Part shown: piece after piece, positions 44,015-52,690 of the stretch
Layout: every line of letters starts with the position of its first letter
Numbering within the stretch: position 1 is the first letter of the stretch
Assembly: GCA_002352385.1 (NCBI GenBank)
Contig: DEII01000063.1
Coordinates: forward strand, 13,575 to 68,604
DNA: 55,030 nucleotides
Source: Methylococcaceae bacterium UBA2778
GTDB lineage: Bacteria > Pseudomonadota > Gammaproteobacteria > Methylococcales > UBA2778
Direction of reading: 5' to 3'
Made by a program: the position numbers and the translations under genes
Notes under the pieces: generated by a model
What the model saw: the letters and a program-made list of their open reading frames with translations, nothing else
Told to the model about the DNA's origin: nothing
Database searches by the model: none

Positions 44015-46807
44015 ATGCGTGACTGGAAACGCATGCTTACATTAGCGGGCATTGTTCTTATTGTTCTCGGCGTGATCTATGTCGCCTTTTTTCTCATTTT
44101 TCTGGAGCTTGTCGTCGATTTCTGGTGGTTCCGGTCGCTGAATTTCGAAGGTTATTTCTGGTTGAAGCTGCTCTACCGCTACATCATCTCCGGCGGCGTG
44201 ACGCTGCTCTTTTTTCTGATATTCTTTATCAACTTCTGGATCGGTTCCCGCTTTCTTGGGTTTCAATACGAAATCACGGGGCGGAGAGAGCAGGAGGTCA
44301 AGCAGACCCTGCTCAGCAAGTTTCAAACAGGTGCGCTGGAAGTCTATATCCCTTTATCATTGATCTTGGCGATCGTCATTGCGCTGCCTTTTTATCATCA
44401 GTGGAACGAAGCGCTGCTGTTCATCTTTGCGCCGAATGCCGGAATAGAGGAGCCTGTGTACGGCAATGATGTCAGCTTCTACATGTTTTCTTATCCGATA
44501 TATCAGCTGATCCAGCGGGAACTGCTGATTACCTTCTCCCTCCTGTTCCTTTCGATGATGCTGCTCTACTGGATCGAACATCGACTGCTGGCCGCTGAGC
44601 GCAAGGAGTATCCGCTCGGCGCGCGCATTCATTTGAATGTGCTGATCGTCATCGTCATTCTGATTGTCTCCTGGGGCTTCATGCTGCAGCGATTCGGTCT
44701 TCTCTATGTCGATGTGCACGAGCCGGTCTTCTATGGCCCTGGGTTCGTCGACCTGCGTTACGATCTGCCTTTGATCTGGCTGGCGATGATCACTTTTATC
44801 GGCACTGCCGTTTCGGCGATCTTCCTGATTCAGAGCCACGGTCACAGGGGAGTTAAGCCGCTGATCGGCTTTGGCCTCTCTTTCCTTTTGATGCTGGGGC
44901 TTCGGGCGGTCGATTTTATCCCCGAGCTCATTACCAAATTCTATGTGCTGCCTAACCCGGTCAAGGCGGAAAAACGCTTTATGGCAAACAATATCAAAGC
45001 GACCCTGGACGCATACAGCCTCAACGATGTCAAGACCATCGACTTCGACGTCACCCGGAGACCGGAAGAGGATCTGGCCGAGTGGGTCGACGTCGAGCAC
45101 CTGCAGAGCATCCCAGTCTGGGACCGGCAGCTGCTGGATGATGTCTATTATCAATTGCAGGGGTTGCGGCCCTATTATCAGTTTCCGACGGTCGACGAAG
45201 ACCGTTATACTCTGGAGGGATACCTGCAGCAGGTCAATCTTGCGGCACGAGAGCTGAATATCGCCAACCTGCCGCCGGAAGCACACACCTGGGAGAACAA
45301 ATATTTGCGCTACACCCACGGCTATGGCGCCGTGATGACTCCGGCGGCGCAGGATGGCGGGCAGCCGATCCAGTGGTATCTGCGTGATCTCAATATGTAC
45401 TCCAGCGTGGGACTCACGGTCGATCAGCCCGACATCTATTATGGGCTGGAAAAATATCTCTACGCACTCGTTCCCAACGAACTGACGATCGTCGGCATCG
45501 CCGGAACCGACCCGGAAGCGATGAAGAACTATACCGGCAAAGGCGGCGTACCGATCGCCTCGCTGTTCCGCAAGCTGCTGCTGGCAATCTATTTCAGGGA
45601 CGCGAAAATATTTTTCTCGACCAACGTCAATGCCAAGACCAAGGCGCTATTTCGCCGCAATATAACAGAGCGGATCGAAACATTGACGCCGTTCCTGGCC
45701 CTGGACGGAGACCCTTACCTGGTCCTCACCCCGGAATCGTTTTATTGGATACAGGATGCCTATACTCTGACCGACAGCTATCCTGTTTCCAAGCCGCTGA
45801 CCGCGAAATTCAAATCCTACGACGGCAGCGATGAGAGACGCTTCAACTATATCCGCAATTCGGTCAAGATCATGGCCAATGCCTATGATGGAACGGTCGA
45901 TTATTACATCGTCGATCCCGAAGACCCGATCATTCAGGGCTATAACAGAGCCTATCCCGGCCTGTTCAAAACGATGGAGCAGATGCCGGACGATCTCAAA
46001 TCGCATATCAGATATCCACGGGATCTTTTTTATCTACAGCTTCGGATCTATGCCAAATATCATCAGAAACAGCCCGAACTGTTCTATCAGCAGGCCGAAA
46101 CCTGGCAGTTCGCGAAGCGGGAGAAGCTCGGCAAGGCGGAGCCGAATATCGTTCTGCCTTATTATCTGACAACGGAGCTGCAGGATTGTCCGGAGCTGAC
46201 GCGGTTTGTGCTCATCGACCCAATGACCCCGATCGGGCGGGAAAATTTGAGCGTGCTGGCCATTGCCGGTGCGCTCGCGCCCGACGTCTGTACGACCGAG
46301 TACTCGCAAAACATCGTCATGTATAAATTCACCAAGGATGTGCAGGTGAACGGGCCGGCCCAGATTGCTGCTCTGATCGATCAGGACCCGCTGATTTCCG
46401 AGCAGTTCACGCTGTGGGATCAGCACGGCTCGCAAGTCAGGCGCGGCCGCATGGTGATCTTGCCGGTCGCCAGTTCGATGCTCTATGTGCAGCCGGTCTA
46501 TATGATATCCACGCATACCAAAATTCCGGAACTGGTGCGCATCATTGTCGGCATGGGCAATGTCGTGGTGATGGAAAAGAGCTTGGCGGAAGGGTTCAGG
46601 CAATTGGAGGCCAAACTTCGAAAAGATCGTGCGGCGCCGCGGGTTGCACCGCCGCCCACGTTGGAGCTCAGTCCGGACGAGCCGGAAGCGCCACCGGCGA
46701 AAAAGAGCCGGACCGAGCCGCTCGAAACGCCAAAACCCGAGCCGAAACTCAAGCCAAAACCCGAGTCAAAACCAAAACTGATTCCCAAGGTGCGCGGCGA
46801 ATCATAG
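44015..46807 (+). CDS. UPF0182-family large membrane protein
   Basis: 930 aa with about 7 N-terminal TM helices (the first contains ...VVDFWWFRSLNFEGYFW...). Large soluble domain. Lys/Pro-rich tail PKPEPKLKPKPESKPKLIPK. Confidence 0.75.
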   Translation: MRDWKRMLTLAGIVLIVLGVIYVAFFLIFLELVVDFWWFRSLNFEGYFWLKLLYRYIISGGVTLLFFLIFFINFWIGSRFLGFQYEITGRREQEVKQTLLSKFQTGALEVYIPLSLILAIVIALPFYHQWNEALLFIFAPNAGIEEPVYGNDVSFYMFSYPIYQLIQRELLITFSLLFLSMMLLYWIEHRLLAAERKEYPLGARIHLNVLIVIVILIVSWGFMLQRFGLLYVDVHEPVFYGPGFVDLRYDLPLIWLAMITFIGTAVSAIFLIQSHGHRGVKPLIGFGLSFLLMLGLRAVDFIPELITKFYVLPNPVKAEKRFMANNIKATLDAYSLNDVKTIDFDVTRRPEEDLAEWVDVEHLQSIPVWDRQLLDDVYYQLQGLRPYYQFPTVDEDRYTLEGYLQQVNLAARELNIANLPPEAHTWENKYLRYTHGYGAVMTPAAQDGGQPIQWYLRDLNMYSSVGLTVDQPDIYYGLEKYLYALVPNELTIVGIAGTDPEAMKNYTGKGGVPIASLFRKLLLAIYFRDAKIFFSTNVNAKTKALFRRNITERIETLTPFLALDGDPYLVLTPESFYWIQDAYTLTDSYPVSKPLTAKFKSYDGSDERRFNYIRNSVKIMANAYDGTVDYYIVDPEDPIIQGYNRAYPGLFKTMEQMPDDLKSHIRYPRDLFYLQLRIYAKYHQKQPELFYQQAETWQFAKREKLGKAEPNIVLPYYLTTELQDCPELTRFVLIDPMTPIGRENLSVLAIAGALAPDVCTTEYSQNIVMYKFTKDVQVNGPAQIAALIDQDPLISEQFTLWDQHGSQVRRGRMVILPVASSMLYVQPVYMISTHTKIPELVRIIVGMGNVVVMEKSLAEGFRQLEAKLRKDRAAPRVAPPPTLELSPDEPEAPPAKKSRTEPLETPKPEPKLKPKPESKPKLIPKVRGES

Positions 46808-46838
46808 GCTGTTCAGGAGAGAAAAGGAGGCGTGGGCT

Positions 46839-47252
46839 TTGTTCAATGGTATGAAAAACGTGAACAGCGAGGAAAAAAGCCCCGGTGCCAGCCCGAGCCT
46901 GTTGCAAAGGATTCATAGTCTTCCCTGGCTTGCCGCGGCGTGGCATGGTTGGGCAACACGCCACCCTGTCGCCGCCGAACGTTTGTTATGGCTGCTTTGG
47001 GGCAGGGACCGACAGCCTGCCGAATACCATTTGGTCGGCTGGCTGTTTCTGCGCCTGTTGGCGATCCTCTATTTTTCCGCATTCGCCTCGATGGCAGTGC
47101 AGATCGAGGGTTTGGTCGGCGCCGATGGAATCCTGCCGATTGCAGAGAAGCTTGCAGCCATCGATCAGGCCTTGGGCAATGAAAAATATTGGACATTTCC
47201 CACCATTTTCTGGTTCGACGCTTCGGATGCGGTGTTGACAACGGCGAATTAA
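46839..47252 (+). pseudogene. lipase maturation factor (LMF1)-family membrane protein, N-terminal about 135 codons only (3'-truncated)
   Basis: ...YHLVGWLFLRLLAILYFSAFASMAVQIEGLVGADGILPIAE...YWTFPTIFWFDASDAVL matches bacterial LMF-family N-termini, which normally continue for more than 300 further residues. The frame ends where the IS91-like sequence begins. Confidence 0.6.
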
Positions 47253-47458
47253 AGATCGTTGCGTTCCTCACTGATGTGGATCCCATTCAGCGACTCCTGA
47301 TCCATATCGGTGAACCAGCCACACCGCCTCGAATCGCGCCAGCTCGCGCACCGCCGGACTGGCTGGAAGCGGATTTTGATCAAACGTGTTTCGATGAACC
47401 GGAAGAAGCGAAACCGGTGCCGGAGTTCGAGTTTGATCAGACCGTGAGCTGGTAACAT
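47240..47458 (+). mobile_element. IS91-family (Y2 rolling-circle) transposase, C-terminal about 70-codon remnant
   Basis: ...GELKIVAFLTDVDPIQRLLIHIGEPATPPRIAPARAPP...PEFEFDQTVSW is the conserved C-terminal tail of IS91-family transposases. No upstream transposase body is present. Confidence 0.6.
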
Positions 47459-47460
47459 CA

Positions 47461-47501
47461 CTCTGCCGATGCCAGTCGGCCAATCTGACGGGCAGAGGTT
47501 C
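47461..47501 (+). repeat. hairpin plus GTTC: candidate oriIS end of the IS91-family remnant
   Basis: CTCTGCC (47461-47467) pairs with GGCAGAG (47491-47497) and is immediately followed by GTTC (47498-47501). It starts 3 nt after the transposase stop. Confidence 0.35.
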
Positions 47502-48626
47502 TCTTATGTGCGCCTTTCAGATAACGGGCTCAAAAGGCATCATTTACGCCCAAAAATCCCACAATGTTGGGTCTACATCCTCAGATGCTGAGGAAGCAAC
47601 AAAAAAGTTTTGCCAAATAGATCAGCTTCGGGTAGGGTTTGCCCGAAGATAGGTTGGAAAGTGGCGTTGAAATTCCTATCCATTATCCATCATAACGCCT
47701 CGGCGTGACTCGGCGGATCGCTCTGCGGGCATCTGCCAGACGCTGCCGGTATTGCGCACCCGCAGCCCGATGCCGGCAGCTCGGCCGATGCTGGATCGAA
47801 CTCGGCGCTGACGCCCTGCCGCGCGGTGGTTGAAACGTTGGCGCTGTTTTGGACGGCGTTGTCGGTTTGTGACATTGCGACGGTGGTCAGCACCAGGCCG
47901 CCCGGCGACGCTTCGTCGATCGCCCCACGGTAACCGGGAACGTTTGCGAGGCGTTGGGTGCGGGGGTGAGTCATTGTTGTTTTTCAGGCTGGATTGTGAG
48001 CGGTAGCGAAACCCGGCATGACTGCCAGCAAAGGTGTGGCTAATCGATTACTTCCGAGGCAAAGGAAGTAGGTATGACCTAAAGCAAAAACGGGGAAACT
48101 AGCACGATCGTCCGCCAAACCATTTCATCCCAACCATGCCACCCTCATTAAGCCCGCAAACCATTATAGAGCAGCCGAAAACAGTCGACGAGGCAGTCGT
48201 CTACTTGCTGAACGTGCCGAACCAAGAAGGTATGGATTCCCCCGAAATATGTCCAAAGTCAATCTTGACTATCTCCATTTCCTCCCGGGAGGCTGTGTAG
48301 GAATAGCGATCATAGCAAAGCCACGACGGCTGTTTGAGTCTGGTTTTTCGATCATTTGAGGGTGTAGCGGAGCGAAGAGTGGAGCCGCCGCTATTTAACG
48401 ACAAATCCGCCCGAACCGGATTTGGACCGCTGATCGGTTTTCAGTAATTGTTGTGTGGCGCCGGACTCGCTCTCAAAGACGGCTATGTCATCGTCGACGG
48501 TGGTTCCCCCGGGGCAAAGATAGCGCCCGATTGATCGGCGAACGAAGCATTCGCCAGCGGCGGGGCTGAAGACGGGAGTTTGCCGCTGCGCGGCGATACA
48601 GGCTGGGTCGGGAACCTCCGGTGGGC

Positions 48627-49082
48627 TTATTTTTTCTCGGGGTGTCTCTGAAGAACCAGTTTGACACTGTATTCGCGACTTTCTTCAGTTCCGGTAGTAA
48701 CGTCTGAAATTCTGGCGTCAATTTGATGTCCCAGCCCGAGTTCTCGGGCGATTGTTTTGCCAAGTTTGGAAGGCAAAGTTCCAATCGGTTCCCCGTTTTC
48801 CAAACACACATTAACGCCATAACCGGATTCGCTTTTCTTTTTCAGGGTGATTGCTGTTTCCGGCGACAATGTTTGAATCAATTGCTGTCGAGGAGTGCCA
48901 CTGTCGTTGACTTCCGTCGCACCCTTCAACTGAGTATGAATGGGTTTCAATCTTTGCTGTTCCAGCTCGCGCTGCTCCCTTCGAATTTGTATGGGCATCC
49001 AAATGACTACGACGAGGAAGCCCGCAATCGCAAAAGCGCCAAGCAAAATTCCAAGAATGTCAAACGGGTCTAGATGGACCAT
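48627..49082 (-). CDS. single-pass membrane protein with HIRAN-like C-terminal domain
   Basis: 151 aa. TM segment ILGILLGAFAIAGFLVVVIWMPI. The C-terminus GYGVNVCLENGEPIGTLPSKLGKTIARELGLGHQIDARISDVTTG resembles the second half of HIRAN domains. Tentative. Confidence 0.4.
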   Translation of the reverse strand: MVHLDPFDILGILLGAFAIAGFLVVVIWMPIQIRREQRELEQQRLKPIHTQLKGATEVNDSGTPRQQLIQTLSPETAITLKKKSESGYGVNVCLENGEPIGTLPSKLGKTIARELGLGHQIDARISDVTTGTEESREYSVKLVLQRHPEKK

Positions 49083-49704
49083 CTTTAAGTGCCTCTTTCC
49101 GCTGGGTTATGGCTTTGATTGTCCATTTGTGAACGGCGTTCGTTTTTAATGCTTCGGAAATAAAAGCCCGCGAACCCGCAATGGTATTAGTGGAGTGGCT
49201 GATGCGATCATACAACATTTTTCATACTGCATCAAAAAGCGTCAACAACGCAGGCCGCTGAAAGTATTTGTGGCTCACGTGCAATTTCGATGCGTCTGGT
49301 ATAACAAAAATCCGCCACGAGGACAAATTGTTGACCCTGGGATTTCGAATGTGCATAAAAAAGCCTGGCTTGTACGCTCGCCCGGCGCGGTGGCCAACAA
49401 GATTGGCTGACTTCTTGGTAAGGCAGTCAGTGGAGTGTGGACTGCTTTCAAGGTTTTACCCGTGACATAAACCGAATAAACGACCCTGAGAGTGGCCACG
49501 ATAAATGATGGACAGGTATTCACAATAGTTGATGGGCTGAAGAGAAAAGCCGGAATCTCTGCTGTGGAACGATGAGCGTTGGTAATGCGATGGGGCAGTT
49601 GAAGCACCATCCTGAGTCAGGGCAAGAGAGGTCGAATGATGTCGGATGTAGCGCTGGTGTGGATCGAACAGATCGTACCTGCTCAGCGCTCGGTGGGGAG
49701 GAGT

Positions 49705-49750
49705 GTCTCGCGCTAAGCAGGATTGAATTCAATCCTGCTTAGCGCGAGAC
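49705..49750. repeat. 46-bp perfect palindrome (23+23) centred on GAATTC
   Basis: GTCTCGCGCTAAGCAGGATTGAA|TTCAATCCTGCTTAGCGCGAGAC read directly. A partial third copy of the arm (CCTGCTCAGCGC) is at about 49678-49689. Confidence 0.9.
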
Positions 49751-49762
49751 CGGCACTGCGGT

Positions 49763-49966
49763 TTAGAAAGGGATTTCGCCATCGAAGTCGGGATCCTCAG
49801 GTGGCGGAACGGGTTCGTTGACGATGAGAGCGACCAGTACCGGTTCGTAGTGCTACCACACTTTTTCGGTCATATCGGCAAGCACATCATGCAGAGCCAT
49901 GGTGGCTTGTGGGGACAAGTCATCAGGAATGGTAATGGTTGTTGGGGTGCTGTTTTTCGGTTTCAT
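49763..49966 (-). pseudogene. small ORF with an SSB-C-terminal-tip-like tail, interrupted by an in-frame TAG
   Basis: Hand translation: MKPKNSTPTTITIPDDLSPQATMALHDVLADMTEKVW*HYEPVLVALIVNEPVPPPEDPDFDGEIPF. TAG at 49853-49855. ATGA overlap with the stop of the upstream transposase frame. Confidence 0.35.
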
Positions 49967-50819
49967 AGGAACTCCTGCTTCCCATTTTGATGTGGACTGT
50001 ACGGCAGCGTCGTCTCGTGCAGGATGCTCAATTCATGCACTCCCTGACGGAACTCATCGGCCTGCATCGCCGCACCGTTGTCGGTCATCAACGCCCGCGG
50101 CAAGGCCCATTTCTGGAACGCCTGCGAAAGACCATGCACCAGGGTCTGTGCGGTCTCATCCAGATACCATTGCAGATGACAGACCAGACGCGAATGATCA
50201 TCGATGACACCGAGCAGCAGCGGTGTCACCCATTCGCCGGAATCGGTCAGCACCTTGAGCGAGCCGTGATGAAAATCGAGATGCCACAACGCATGGGTAT
50301 ACTCGGCTTCGTAACTGCGCACCTCGTGGCTCTCGAGCCGCTGTGCAGCCCGTTCGGCGCCGGCTGTTTGGTTCTTTGGTCGACGGCGGCGGTGCAGTCC
50401 TTGTGCCTTCATGTAGCGGCGAACCGTACCGTAAGAGGGCAAAGGCCATCTCCTTCGACCAGAACCGCCAGATTGTCGTAATGCAGCTGCACCGTCCAGC
50501 CGGGATGGGTTTGGTACTGCTGCTTGATCGCCTGACACAAAGGGGGTGAGAATCGACGCACGTGACCTGCGTCATTGCGGCGCTGACGGCGCAGTACTAC
50601 AACCGGGTCCTGTGCCTTGCGGGCAGTGTAGTACCATCGTTCCAATGTCGGCACACTGAACCGGGCATCGACACCGGTGATCGGATGTTTCCATCTTTTT
50701 TTCGCCAACGTCTCCAGTGCCTGGCGCAGCTCTCCCTTTGCCGGCGGTGCCGCCAGCAACGGGCCGATGATCGCAAAACGCAAACGCGCCCAGCGGTCGA
50801 TCTTCTTGGGGTCGGTCAT
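49963..50819 (-). pseudogene. rve-type DDE transposase/integrase, frameshifted near 50445-50455 and ending 3 codons after the catalytic Glu
   Basis: The N-terminal part MTDPKKIDRWARLRFAIIGPLLAAPP... (ATG 50819, AGGAGG RBS) is in the frame of track ORF 50409..51290. It continues as ...PLPSYGTVRRYMKAQG...WHLDFHHG...MTDNGAAM...YSPHQNGKQE in track ORF 49963..50538, giving a D, D, E triad. Confidence 0.75.
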
Positions 50820-50878
50820 TCGCTCACCTCCTGATATCCGAATTGGAAAATCAGCAGTGTAGCCAATGCTCCCTGGGA

Positions 50879-51481
50879 TCAGAATCGCATCTTCTGCGGA
50901 TCGATGCGAACCCTCAAATATGCGGATGAACCGGTGGTTACCGGACAGACCAAAACCAGCAGTCGACACAATCGCTGGCAAATCTCTTTCCCGACCAATC
51001 GACCCAGCAGCGCACCCGGCAGATGCCTGGCATCCACTGGTGGAATGAAACAGCCCCGCTCCGCCTGCCAGCAGCGGCTCTGAGGAAAGGTTTCGCGCCA
51101 GAACCGACGCCAGCGCGATAAAGTGTGATCGCTGATACCGAGGACTTCGATCAACTGCCGGCGCCGCTGTTCGGTCAAACCATGATGTAACGCGGTGACC
51201 AGAATCACGATCACACTCAGATAGACTGTGCGCCCGAGAAAACGGACCGAGGGAGGAGTCTTGCGGCGCCGACAGTCCTCCTCGGCACAACAGAAACTGA
51301 ACCGGTACTTATACGACTCGTCCAGAGCCGAACGGACACCTCGAGGCTTGCGCGGATAGTTGGCGCTGTGCAGTACACCGCCGCAGGAACAGCCCCTCTT
51401 TTGCTCATCAACAGCGAGCGACTGATCGATTCGGAACAACAGATGATAAAAAGTGGATTGACTCAGAAAAGCGTGGCACAC
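50879..51481 (-). CDS. Cys-rich conserved hypothetical protein associated with the DDE transposase
   Basis: 200 aa. GTG start with an AAGGAG RBS. CSCGG...H...(C)CAEEDCRRR Zn-ribbon-like Cys pattern. I recall this family sitting next to integrase-core genes, but I cannot name it. Confidence 0.5.
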   Translation of the reverse strand: MCHAFLSQSTFYHLLFRIDQSLAVDEQKRGCSCGGVLHSANYPRKPRGVRSALDESYKYRFSFCCAEEDCRRRKTPPSVRFLGRTVYLSVIVILVTALHHGLTEQRRRQLIEVLGISDHTLSRWRRFWRETFPQSRCWQAERGCFIPPVDARHLPGALLGRLVGKEICQRLCRLLVLVCPVTTGSSAYLRVRIDPQKMRF

Positions 51482-51486
51482 TGGGA

Positions 51487-51559
51487 TTGTCTCCTTGTTG
51501 TTTTTGTCGAAACAGTAGGAGACAACCCCCTTGGATAATTTTCAAGTTATCCAAGGGGG
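51487..51559. repeat. two adjacent hairpins between the DDE element and the IS1380 remnant
   Basis: TTGTCTCC (51487-51494) pairs with GGAGACAA (51518-51525). CCCCCTTGGATAA (51526-51538) pairs with TTATCCAAGGGGG (51547-51559), a 13-bp perfect stem with an 8-nt loop, followed by ATTTTTA. Confidence 0.6.
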
Positions 51560-51607
51560 ATTTTTACGATCCATCGTTTAATCTGACCAGATTCGAGCAA
51601 AAACCCG

Positions 51608-52690
51608 TCAGATAATTTGCTCACTCACACCGTAACCGAGGCGGTCGTAGGCAAGCCGGAAGGCGTCAAACCCGGCGCAGTGGCGAGAGAAGCGAAGCTT
51701 CAATTGGTGACCGGACTTGATCAGGCGCGCTGCCAGATACATCAGTTCCTGGATAACGGTTTTAAGACGGCGCCGCTTGGCACAATGGCGCACCGGGCTG
51801 AATGTCGCCGGCAAGGCTGATCAGTCCTATCCAGCGCAGGATATTGTAGCCGAGTGCGGCCAGCGTCATGATCAGGTCGTTGGTATCGAATTTGCCGGAC
51901 GGCAGGCGCTCGATGTCCAGGATCAGCAGCGTCTGACTGTGCTTGTCGATGGTTCGCTCGATCACTCGCATGACGCGACGAAAACGAAACGCTTCGCCAT
52001 CGACGGTCTTTTCTTCTTCGACACTGAAGGTTGCGATACGCTTGCCTTCACGGGGCGTCTCCCACTGGCCAAGCTCCTCGGCTTTCTCCAACCAGGCATG
52101 CGGATCCTGACGCCGCGGATTCCATTTGAGAATGGAATCGGCCTTCTGTTGCGCCAGCTCGATGCGGGTGTCCCAGGCATCATGACCGCTGTCGAGCCGC
52201 ACCAGGAGAGGCCGCGATGTCAGCTTGCGGGCGTTCGGCAGAACCCGCTCCAGGGTGTAGAGGAATTCCTCTGGCAATGCTGCTTGCCTTCGCGCAGTTC
52301 ACACGCCAGGCACCAGCCTTCCTCTCCCAGATAGGCCGCAATCGGCGCGTAGCCATCGACCCCCTTGTAAGTTTTCAAAACACCTTCTTTGCGGGTGCCC
52401 GAGTTATCCATGGGAAACACATCGATGTCCAGGGCCACAAACTCCTTCGCCAGAGGCAACGGCGTGACCGGCACTTTAGCCTTCACCAGAAACTCAATTA
52501 CCACCGCGTACATCAATGGCAACAGCGCGCTTTCGCATATTCGTCCAGACGCTGGCGCAGTCGCGCCGACGACGGAACGTGGTCGATACCCAGAGACTCC
52601 TTGAAAAAGCGATCCCCGCGAACATTCTCCACCGCTTCGAAATCGCTTTTGCCGAGGCACAGCAGCCCGATATACGATTTGATGCGTAAG
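51608..52690 (-). mobile_element. IS1380-family transposase remnant with at least 3 frameshifts, a probable internal deletion and a missing 5' end
   Basis: Four consecutive frames carry IS1380-like segments. Track 52513.. has IKSYIGLLCLGKSDFEAVENVRGDRFFKESLG..SSARLRQRLD. Track 52220.. has DIDVFPMDNSGTRKEGVLKTYKGVDGYAPI...LREGKQH. Track 51762.. has LVRLDSGHDA...ERLPSGKFDTNDLIMTLAALGYNILRWIG. Track 51608.. has RLKTVIQELMYLAARLIKSGHQLKLRF. Confidence 0.75.

Noticed and set aside
47690-47974. 94-aa GC-rich ORF (MTHPRTQRLANVPGYRGAIDEASPGG...) in the island. I considered an antitoxin or RiPP-precursor-like peptide.
   Set aside because: I could not match it to any family from memory. It is Ala/Ser/Pro-rich, lies in degraded DNA and has no partner gene. 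It is treated as possible debris.
49195-49610. Overlapping 65-111-aa ORFs on both strands between the HIRAN-like gene and the palindrome.
   Set aside because: They are mutually overlapping, lack RBS and motifs, and have atypical composition. An open minus-strand stretch (...RIFVIPDASKLHVSHKYFQRPALLTLFDAV) may be a gene fragment, but I cannot identify it.
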